Shown here piece after piece: positions 40,152 to 47,357 of a stretch of 64,000 nucleotides of DNA (positions are counted from its first letter, which is position 1; each line of letters starts with the position of its first letter). Under the pieces are notes generated by a model, which was not told where the DNA came from, searched no databases, and saw nothing but the letters and a program-made list of their open reading frames with translations. The stretch covers positions 4,629-68,628 of the forward strand of contig JAFGIU010000055.1 of assembly GCA_016929445.1 (NCBI GenBank), in the 5' to 3' direction. The stretch is from Candidatus Omnitrophota bacterium (GTDB lineage: Bacteria; Omnitrophota; Gorgyraeia; JAFGIU01). The position numbers were made by a program, and so were the translations under genes.

Positions 40152-40619
40152 TCAGGAGTGATTCTTGCAACGTCCGAAGATATTGAGGCTGTGACTGATA
40201 GGTTCAAAACCGTATTTTTGGCAGACCCCGTCCTGGAGCCGTTCGATCTCCTCATTGACGAATTCGATCACGGCTCCGCACTCGGTACAAATCAAATGCT
40301 CGTGGTGAATACGGCCGTGCATCACCTCGTAACGGCTATGCCGGCCCGAACCCTCCAGCACCTTCCGGATCAATCCGCTTTCCACTAATAGAGGCAGCGT
40401 GCGGTAGATCGTGTCCCGTGAGATGCGCAAATCTTTCTCCCTGGCGCGCAGCAAGAGATACTCCGCGTCAAAGTCAAAATGCCGGTCATAGCCGGGCAAA
40501 GTCTTGAGAATCTCGCGCCGCTCCCGGGTGAACTTTAGGCCCTTGCCCAAAACATATTTCCGGAAGATCTCTTCCTTTTCTTCCAGGCTCTTAGGGGACT
40601 TGGGAGTGGTCTTTGGCAT
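40152..40619 (-). CDS. Fur family transcriptional regulator
   Basis: GLKFT.ER, ISRDTIYRTL.LL, HHEHLICTECG and GRC motifs. Confidence 0.88.
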   Translation of the reverse strand: MPKTTPKSPKSLEEKEEIFRKYVLGKGLKFTRERREILKTLPGYDRHFDFDAEYLLLRAREKDLRISRDTIYRTLPLLVESGLIRKVLEGSGRHSRYEVMHGRIHHEHLICTECGAVIEFVNEEIERLQDGVCQKYGFEPISHSLNIFGRCKNHS

Positions 40620-40647
40620 GGCGGTTTTCAGTATAGCGGTCCCTGTC

Positions 40648-40690
40648 CGGGGACACAATCTGTCGGTTAGACTGAGACATTGTGTCCCCG
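40648..40690. repeat. Family B inverted-repeat element
   Basis: CGGGGACACAAT ... ATTGTGTCCCCG. Confidence 0.8.
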
Positions 40691-40694
40691 CAGA

Positions 40695-41099
40695 CTAACC
40701 GGGTTCTGCCTCACGCAAATGACGTTTGATATAGCTCAGAAGCTTTCCCAAATCAAAGGGCTTAATAAAATAGTCCGTGGCCTTGAGTTTTTCCGCCTCA
40801 AAGATTGCCGGGGTCTCCCCCTTGGCCGTAAGCATAACCACCGGAATCTCTGCCGTATGTTCGCGATTGCGCAGGCGGCTGAGCATGGCAAAACCGTCCA
40901 TACGCGGCATGCGCACATCGAGAATGATCAGATCCGGAGACTCATTCAAAGCCCGCGCCAAACCCTCCTGCCCGTCCCGCGCCGCAATCACTTGGTAATT
41001 GTGGGCCTCAAGAACCTCCCGGATACTCTGGCGCAGCTCCGGCTCGTCGTCCACGATAAGAATTTTGGCCTGAGGCGGCGTGTCTTTAGGCTTTTCCAT
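40695..41099 (-). CDS. Single-domain response regulator receiver (CheY-like)
   Basis: KILIVDDE, PDLIILDVRMPRMDG, VVMLTA and YFIKPF. Confidence 0.92.
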   Translation of the reverse strand: MEKPKDTPPQAKILIVDDEPELRQSIREVLEAHNYQVIAARDGQEGLARALNESPDLIILDVRMPRMDGFAMLSRLRNREHTAEIPVVMLTAKGETPAIFEAEKLKATDYFIKPFDLGKLLSYIKRHLREAEPG

Positions 41100-41147
41100 T
41101 GGGGGGCTATTGTACTCCAAAGCATCGATGCACACATCTCCCATGAA

Positions 41148-41301
41148 GGTGTCAGGCACCACAGTCCGTCATTGCGACCCTGAGCTTGTCGAAGGGGAAG
41201 CAAACTTTGCGGAGCGGGTGCCTGACACCCGGGAATACGCAAATCAGGGACGGTTCTCGCCAACCCATTGTGAGACATGAGGTTTTGTGAGAACCGTCCC
41301 C
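41148..41301. repeat. Nested composite of repeat families A, D and B
   Basis: GGTGTCAGGCACC (41148) and GGTGCCTGACACC (41217) flank GTCATTGCGACCCTGAGCTTGTCGAAGGGGAAGCAA; followed by AGGGACGGTTCTCGC...GTGAGAACCGTCCCC (41246-41301). Confidence 0.8.
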
Positions 41302-41308
41302 TTTCCGC

Positions 41309-41524
41309 TTACCCCGGTCTCCGCCGAGGGTCCTCCAACAGGTCCCGGACCTCAAAGTCCTGGGCGCCCAGCTCGCAGGCCAGGCCGATGAGCTCGGGAC
41401 ACTGCTCGTACTCCTCCCACAGCAGCGCCTCCCTCAGGTACAGCAATGCCGTGAGCTTGAGCGGGTTCTTCTTCACATAACGGACCGGGGTGTTCTGGTG
41501 CTTGTTTTGTAGTGTTTTGTTCAT
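41309..41524 (-). CDS. Small hypothetical protein (71 aa), helical
   Basis: Strong AAGGAGAG RBS; LKLTALLYLREALLWEEYEQC..LI..A.ELGA helical pattern. Confidence 0.7.
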   Translation of the reverse strand: MNKTLQNKHQNTPVRYVKKNPLKLTALLYLREALLWEEYEQCPELIGLACELGAQDFEVRDLLEDPRRRPG

Positions 41525-41685
41525 GCTTCTCTCCTTTTGTTGTTTGTGTCTGGTAAGCGAACTGTTGCCAAATCGTCCAAAGACAAGGCCTTTCCGAACG
41601 ACCACGGAGGAGTACTGGGAGTACTTCGCACAAGGAATCGAAGGAAACAACGCAGTATTTGGGCGATTTCGCAACTGTCCCCAAC

Positions 41686-41725
41686 AAAAAACCCGCTGCC
41701 GGGCGCGGGCCCAACAGCGGGTTCG
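41686..41725 (-). terminator. Intrinsic terminator within the leader of the 71-aa gene
   Basis: Minus-strand 15-bp stem AACCCGCUGUUGGGC/GCCCGGCAGCGGGUU with two G-U pairs, ending in a U6 tract that overlaps the stem base. Confidence 0.8.
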
Positions 41726-41910
41726 GAACTCGATTCTCTATTCAGTTGATGCTAGAAGATCTCCTCCTTCGAACCCGCAGCAGGGCCGGTAATCCAGGCA
41801 TGGCGCTGGATAAGCTCAAGGCACATGGGCGCAAAAAGCCCCTTCACCGTGCTATTTTTTACGGCGTTAGGGATTCCTGCGCTGTGGGTTCGAAACATTT
41901 CTAACATAGT
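41686..41910 (-). ncRNA. Candidate structured leader/attenuator RNA or sRNA (~225 nt)
   Basis: Bounded by a promoter and a terminator; four complementary segments allow alternative helices. Confidence 0.5.
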
Positions 41911-41916
41911 CTGACA

Positions 41917-41945
41917 AATATACCTTTCAGCAGGGTCGAAGTCAA
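41917..41945 (-). promoter_or_regulatory. Sigma70 promoter
   Basis: Minus strand TTGACT (41940-41945)-17 bp-TATATT (41917-41922). Confidence 0.7.
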
Positions 41946-41948
41946 GGG

Positions 41949-42003
41949 GGGACAGGCCTCGCATAACCCCTTGCGGCACAAGGGGTCCGCGAGAACCGTC
42001 CCT
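41949..42003. repeat. Family B element with inner hairpin, downstream of mscS
   Basis: GGGACAGGCCTCGC ... ACCCCTTG-CGGCA-CAAGGGGT ... GCGAGAACCGTCCCT. Confidence 0.7.
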
Positions 42004-42018
42004 GGTACTAGACCAGCT

Positions 42019-42870
42019 CTATCGAGCCACGGCCTCCTTGCCGGTTGCGCCGGTAAAGGTCATCTCGCTCGTCTTCACGTGCAGATCGTGCTGCGGGAAC
42101 GGAATACTGATGCCCTGCTTGTCGAATTCCATCTTCACCGCCTCGGTAATCCCAAACCAAGTACCCCAGTAATCCGCCCCATTGACCCAGGGCCGCACCG
42201 CAAAGTTGACGCTGCTGTCTGCCAATTCCTTCACCGCAATCGTCGGTTCCGGATCTTTCAGAACGGTCGGATAGGAACTCACAACCTGCATCAGAACCTT
42301 CTTGGCCTTAGGAATATCATCGCCATAGGAGATGCCAAAGACCATATCCACGCGGCGGGTTTCATTGCCGCTAAAGTTGGTAATGTTGCCGCCCATAATC
42401 CCGGAATTCGGAACAATGATCTTTCGATTGTCCGGGGAAGCCAGAATTGTGCAAAAAATTTGGATCTCCTTGACCGTGCCCATGGCGCCGCCGGCTTCGA
42501 TAAAATCACCGGCCTTAAAGGGCTTGAAGAGCACGATCAGCACTCCCGCAGCAAAATTACTCAAGGAGCCTTGTAGCGCCAGGCCGACTGCCAAACCCGC
42601 AGCACCCAATACAGCAATAAAGGAAGTGGTCTGCACCCCCAGCTTGCCGATGGCGGCAATGATCACAAAAACCATCAAAGCCACATAGGCCAAGTGCTGC
42701 ACAAAGCTCACAAGGGCCGCATCCACCTTGGCCTTGGTCATGAGTTTGGCCGTTACATCCGACACCCATCGGGCCACCCATTTACCCACGACAAAAATGA
42801 CGATTGCAGCCAAGACATTGAGGCCGTAAAGCGTGACCAGTTCGTTGATTTTGCTTCCGACTTCCTCCAT
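42019..42870 (-). CDS. mscS: Small-conductance mechanosensitive channel
   Basis: GAAGLAVGLALQGSLSNFAAG, PFKAGD.I, IIVPN, RRVD..FGISY and ISIPFPQ. Confidence 0.95.
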   Translation of the reverse strand: MEEVGSKINELVTLYGLNVLAAIVIFVVGKWVARWVSDVTAKLMTKAKVDAALVSFVQHLAYVALMVFVIIAAIGKLGVQTTSFIAVLGAAGLAVGLALQGSLSNFAAGVLIVLFKPFKAGDFIEAGGAMGTVKEIQIFCTILASPDNRKIIVPNSGIMGGNITNFSGNETRRVDMVFGISYGDDIPKAKKVLMQVVSSYPTVLKDPEPTIAVKELADSSVNFAVRPWVNGADYWGTWFGITEAVKMEFDKQGISIPFPQHDLHVKTSEMTFTGATGKEAVAR

Positions 42871-42940
42871 GATTCTCTCCTTTGTTGATTTGTCCGAAAA
42901 ATGGTGAGTGCCGACTATTATACGAAACTGAGCAGGCCGC

Positions 42941-43011
42941 GCAACTCCGGTGCAACTCCGGTGTCAGGCACGGGTGTCAGGCACCGGTGTCAGGCACGGG
43001 TGCCTGGCACC
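42941..43011. repeat. GCAACTCCGGT x2 followed by a family A array (4 copies)
   Basis: GGTGTCAGGCACG GGTGTCAGGCACC GGTGTCAGGCACG GGTGCCTGGCACC at 42960-43011. Confidence 0.9.
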
Positions 43012-43035
43012 GCATGCTATAATGCGTCATTCATC

Positions 43036-45267
43036 ATGGCAGAAAAGTCCGTCTCCAACGGGGCCTCTTTCCCCAACTCTCACACTGGCTATCAGTTCGG
43101 TGCGTTCAAGGGCGTCTACACGCCCAGCTTGCTCACCATCCTCGGCGTCATTATGTACCTGCGCTTCGGCTGGGTGCTGGGCAATGTGGGCCTGTTTCTC
43201 ACCTTAGTCATTGTGACCCTCTCCACCTCCATTACCCTGCTCACCGCATTGTCGATCTCTGCACTCGCGTCCAACATGCAGGTGAAAGGCGGGGGCGCCT
43301 ACTACATCCTGTCCCGCTCCTTGGGGCTGGAAGCGGGAGCCGCAGTGGGTTGGCCGCTCTTCCTGGCGCAGGCTCTGGGGATTTCCTTCTATATAGCGGG
43401 TTTTGCAGAATCCGTTGTCAGTCTCTGCCCCTTCTTGCCCTTTAAGCTCTTCGGGATCGCAGTACTCACCGTACTCACCTTGCTGGCAATCCGTTCGGCC
43501 AATCTGGCATTGCGCCTGCAGTTCTTGATCCTGACGCTTATCGCACTTTCATTGGCCTCTTTTTTCTTGGGAGCCCCGCCGCAAAATATCGAAGTCCTCC
43601 GTCCTGAGTCTCCGGTCTCCAAGCTCCCCTTCTGGACTGTTTTCGCAGTCTTCTTCCCCGCAGTCACAGGCATTGAAGCAGGCCTGGCCATGTCCGGAGA
43701 CTTAAAAGACCCCGCCAAGGCTTTGCCCCGAGGCACACTGGGCGCTGTCATCACCAGTTACTTCGTCTATATGGCCATTCCATTTTTCCTGGCAAGAATC
43801 ATCCGTGACGAAAATGTTTTGCTTGCTAACCCCATGATCATGCGGGAAATCGCACGCTGGGGGAATATCGTTCTGGCCGGTCTTTGGGGGGCCACTCTTT
43901 CCAGCGCTCTCGGCGCTTTGCTGGGCGCCCCGCGTACTCTCCAAGCCATGGCTAAGGACGGCGTGGCTCCGCGCTTCTTTAGCAAGGGTTTCGGAGCGGG
44001 CAAAGACCCGCGATTCGCAGTGGCTGCTGCCTTTCTGATTGGCGTGGGAGGACTGCTCTCGGGAGGCCTCAATGTCATTGCCCCTGTGCTCTCCATGTTC
44101 TTTCTAACGTCTTATGGCCTGCTCAATCTGAGTGCCGGTTTTGAGGAGTTCATCGCCAGTCCTGCTTGGCGGCCTAAGTTCCGGGTACACTGGGGCGTTT
44201 CCCTTATGGGTGCTTTTCTCTGCTTTTCCATGATGTTCATGATCAATGCCGGGGCCACCTTTATGGCCGTTTTCGCCTGTGCCGGTCTGTATGTCTTGAT
44301 GCGCAAGCAACGGCTGCATGCCACCTGGCACGATATTCGCCAGGGTATCCTCATGCTGGCAGCGCGCTCCTCAATCTACTCCTTGGCCCGCCACTCACCC
44401 GACAAACGCACCTGGCGCCCCAATATTCTGGTTTTGAGCGGCTCTCCCACCATGCGATGGTATTTGATTGCCTTGGCCGATGCCATCTCGCACGGCAAGG
44501 GTTTTCTCACTGTAGCCACAATCCTTTCCGGCCCTGAACCGGATGCAGAACGAGTTTCCAGCGTGCGCAAGTCTATCGAGGAATTCCTCAAGAAACGCCA
44601 AATTCCGTCTCTTGTCAAAATCCATTCGGCCGAAAACGTTCTTCAAGGCGCGCAAGAGCTCATTCGAACCTACGGTTTCGGCCCTCTTGTGCCGAACACT
44701 GTCTTGCTGGGAGAAACTGAAAAACACGAGCAGGTGGAGGAATTTGTGCGTCTGATACGCCTGGCGCACCGCTCCAAACGCAACCTGGTCATTGTGCGGG
44801 AAAACGATGAGCCCATGGAATTGCCGCGGGACAGCCGTATTGATATTTGGTGGGGAGGCCGGACAAACGACAACGCCCATCTGATGCTCGCCTTGGGTTA
44901 TCTCCTGCAAAACAGCCCCGAATGGACCGGTTCACGCCTTAACATCAAAACCATTGCCGATGAAGAACAAGACAAGGAAGAGGTACGGCAGGGTCTTCTC
45001 AAGTTCCTCGAAGAAAGTCGATTGGACGTGGAGGTGGAGGTTTACACACACCAGGGACGCAGCGTTTTTGAGGTGATCGGGGAAGCGTCCTCCGGGGCAA
45101 GCCTGGTCTTTCTGGGCATGCGCGCTCCGGAAGAGGGCGAAGAGACACAGTCTTACGAGGACTATTACCGGAAGCTGATGAAACTTACCGACGGTTATCC
45201 TGCCACGGCCATGGTGATGGCGGCCGAAGATATTCGCTTCGGCGAGATCTTCACGTCCGAAACCTAG
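43036..45267 (+). CDS. Cation-chloride cotransporter (SLC12/CCC) family permease
   Basis: FG.FKGVY.PS.LTILGVIMYLR.GW, GGGAYYILSRSLG, FAVFFPAVTGI.AG..MSGDLKDP, APR.LQA, WRPNILV and IDIWW; extended -10 TGcTATAAT at 43015-43023. Confidence 0.9.
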   Translation: MAEKSVSNGASFPNSHTGYQFGAFKGVYTPSLLTILGVIMYLRFGWVLGNVGLFLTLVIVTLSTSITLLTALSISALASNMQVKGGGAYYILSRSLGLEAGAAVGWPLFLAQALGISFYIAGFAESVVSLCPFLPFKLFGIAVLTVLTLLAIRSANLALRLQFLILTLIALSLASFFLGAPPQNIEVLRPESPVSKLPFWTVFAVFFPAVTGIEAGLAMSGDLKDPAKALPRGTLGAVITSYFVYMAIPFFLARIIRDENVLLANPMIMREIARWGNIVLAGLWGATLSSALGALLGAPRTLQAMAKDGVAPRFFSKGFGAGKDPRFAVAAAFLIGVGGLLSGGLNVIAPVLSMFFLTSYGLLNLSAGFEEFIASPAWRPKFRVHWGVSLMGAFLCFSMMFMINAGATFMAVFACAGLYVLMRKQRLHATWHDIRQGILMLAARSSIYSLARHSPDKRTWRPNILVLSGSPTMRWYLIALADAISHGKGFLTVATILSGPEPDAERVSSVRKSIEEFLKKRQIPSLVKIHSAENVLQGAQELIRTYGFGPLVPNTVLLGETEKHEQVEEFVRLIRLAHRSKRNLVIVRENDEPMELPRDSRIDIWWGGRTNDNAHLMLALGYLLQNSPEWTGSRLNIKTIADEEQDKEEVRQGLLKFLEESRLDVEVEVYTHQGRSVFEVIGEASSGASLVFLGMRAPEEGEETQSYEDYYRKLMKLTDGYPATAMVMAAEDIRFGEIFTSET

Positions 45268-46562
45268 AACTTCTTCTTATATTCCACATTGACCCGGTCC
45301 ACAGGAATACCTCCGGTGGACTCGGTCTGCAATTCATCAGTCAAAGCGGACTGCCCCTTAACGTCCTTCTCCACATTCACGGAAATGGTCTCCGTCACAT
45401 TCACCCCCGCCTCCACTGTATGCTTTGTTGTGCGGTCAACACCCGTGCCCTCTTCCTGATACTGATAGCCCATATTGGCGCGTTCTCCGAACTCGGTCTT
45501 CACCCCCGCGCCTTTGCCTTTCTCATCATACCGGACATTGAAGTCCACAATTCCCAAGCTCTCCAGCAGCTGTTGGGCCTTTCCGCCAAAGAGAAAGAAA
45601 TCGATGAAGTCTGCCGCCAAATTCGCTGAAACCGGTTGCCCCTCAGCCACAGTCTCCACCCCCTGCCAATCCTTACCTGTCGCCAACAGGAGCAGCAATC
45701 GATGTTGGGGAAGACCTGAATCCGAACTCACCTTGAGCTTCAGGTCTTCAATCCCGCCCTGGATCTTGATATCAATAGGCGTGGCCCTGATGCGTGTATG
45801 TCCGCGCAGGTCCAAGTACGGTTTGAGCGGGTCCCCGGAAAACCGCACATGACTCTCCAGCACCTGCACCCGGAGATGCTCCACATGGACCTCCCCACCG
45901 GACAAACGCAGATCCCCTTCGACCTGCGGCGCGCCGCCCCAAAGCTCGCTCAACTGCAGACTCACATCCCCGGGCACATCCACGAGTTCCAGATTCTTCC
46001 TCGACAGACGCCCCACTCGGAGACTGCCCTGGAGCACCGGCCGCTTCAAGTCCCCGGTCAATAAGAAGTCCACGTCATTCACCATGCCTCTCAGATCCTG
46101 CCATCCGGGATGCACCGGCAAAACCTCCATCAGTCCCTGCACGGAGGCCCCCTTTGAATACAGGCTCAGACGCAAGCCGTCAGCCCCCTGCCCCCCGCCG
46201 ATAAGAATGGGGTCAGATCCCGGCCAGCGCAACTGGCCGTCGAGTAGGTGAAACTCCAACTTCCCCAAGCCCAAAGGGAAGGAAGGTTTGAAGGTCATCT
46301 TCTTGATACGGAGTTGGCTGTCTTCAGGAAAGGTATCCAGATTGCGGGCTAAAAGACCGTGGATCACATACCCCTGCCGGGGATCCCCCTCGATCTTTCC
46401 CACCTCCAGATGTTCGGAAGGAAAATAGCGGGCCAGACCCACTTCTACGAGCGGCTCCAAACCCACCCCGCTGACAATTGAGAAGGCAATGCTGACCAAG
46501 CTCACGGCAAACAGCGCCGCCAACGCAAAGAGCAGCGTCTTGAGGAGAGGGCCTGACTTCAT
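45264..46562 (-). CDS. TamB/AsmA-like (DUF490-type) protein
   Basis: N-terminal TM, beta-taco-like repeats, F.GDP..P.LDL, L.S...LPQ..LL.LL.TG and C-terminal YKKKF. Confidence 0.65.
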   Translation of the reverse strand: MKSGPLLKTLLFALAALFAVSLVSIAFSIVSGVGLEPLVEVGLARYFPSEHLEVGKIEGDPRQGYVIHGLLARNLDTFPEDSQLRIKKMTFKPSFPLGLGKLEFHLLDGQLRWPGSDPILIGGGQGADGLRLSLYSKGASVQGLMEVLPVHPGWQDLRGMVNDVDFLLTGDLKRPVLQGSLRVGRLSRKNLELVDVPGDVSLQLSELWGGAPQVEGDLRLSGGEVHVEHLRVQVLESHVRFSGDPLKPYLDLRGHTRIRATPIDIKIQGGIEDLKLKVSSDSGLPQHRLLLLLATGKDWQGVETVAEGQPVSANLAADFIDFFLFGGKAQQLLESLGIVDFNVRYDEKGKGAGVKTEFGERANMGYQYQEEGTGVDRTTKHTVEAGVNVTETISVNVEKDVKGQSALTDELQTESTGGIPVDRVNVEYKKKF

Positions 46563-46563
46563 C

Positions 46564-47235
46564 CTAGAATCTCAGTTTGGCTTGGGTCTGAAGGATTTGA
46601 TTACTGCTCCAGTGTTCTCCTGAAAGCAGGCTCTGCACACCCCACGAGGCTGTTAACAGCCAGTTTTTACCTGCCGGAACAGTTGTCCCTAAGAAAAAGC
46701 GGTTCTGGTTCAGCTTGTCGGCCGGGAAATCGTAAAAGATTTCGTCGTTGATGAAGGCACTGATCTCAAGCCCCCGGATCTTCAGAGGGTGACTCACCTG
46801 AAACCGGCCCCTATAACGATAATTGATATCCTCCGGATCCTGCTCGCGAATCCGCATCTCCAGCCGGCTGCGGTTTTCCAAACCCCAATCCCCCAGGCTC
46901 ACGCGCGGGTAAATCTCCACACTGGGGCGGTGCTCCCAGCTCCAATCATCCCCGGTGCCCCGGTTCTGTATATAGGAGTAGTTGGCTGACACAAAACAGT
47001 TCGGATGGAGCTTCCAGAGATTCTTCGTCTTGAATTCGGTGTAGTGGAGTTTGGAGATATCGTCCCGGAATCGGACGATCTGCAGAAACTCACTGCTGAA
47101 TTTGCCCTTCTGGCAGACAGGAAGGACCGTGTCCTGCCAAAACTGCCAATCATCCCTTGCCCACGCATCGGAGCCAGAGCAAATTAAAATGCCGCAAAGA
47201 CCCAACAAAAGACTGCCTCTTAGTAAAAGTTTCAT
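46564..47235 (-). CDS. DUF2490-like outer-membrane beta-barrel protein
   Basis: Signal peptide; D.QFW, EHRP, R.R.E.R, RYR.R, DEIF, QNRF..G and C-terminal Phe. Confidence 0.75.
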   Translation of the reverse strand: MKLLLRGSLLLGLCGILICSGSDAWARDDWQFWQDTVLPVCQKGKFSSEFLQIVRFRDDISKLHYTEFKTKNLWKLHPNCFVSANYSYIQNRGTGDDWSWEHRPSVEIYPRVSLGDWGLENRSRLEMRIREQDPEDINYRYRGRFQVSHPLKIRGLEISAFINDEIFYDFPADKLNQNRFFLGTTVPAGKNWLLTASWGVQSLLSGEHWSSNQILQTQAKLRF

Positions 47236-47357
47236 CCTGTATCCTTTCCATTCCCGATATTATAGGGCAAGGCAGCGTTGACAGGTTTTTTTGCCCGCAA
47301 AATGCGCGCCGCAGGAAGTTGTACGATTCATTGCCACTTTGTTCTAAAATGCTCAGA

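Noticed and set aside
41556-41571. Sigma54 promoter TTGGCAACAGTTCGCT upstream of the 71-aa gene
   Set aside because: GG-to-GC spacing is 9 nt, not the required 10
41768-41894. tRNA, 6S RNA or SAM-I riboswitch (GGTTCGAA and CTTATCCAG motifs, cloverleaf-like fold)
   Set aside because: Arm lengths and order do not fit a tRNA, there is no 6S central bubble, and the SAM-I core (GAGGGA, GCAACC, GUGC) is absent
42960-43011. Family A arrays as mini-CRISPR
   Set aside because: Units are 13 bp, abut with no spacers, and no cas genes are present
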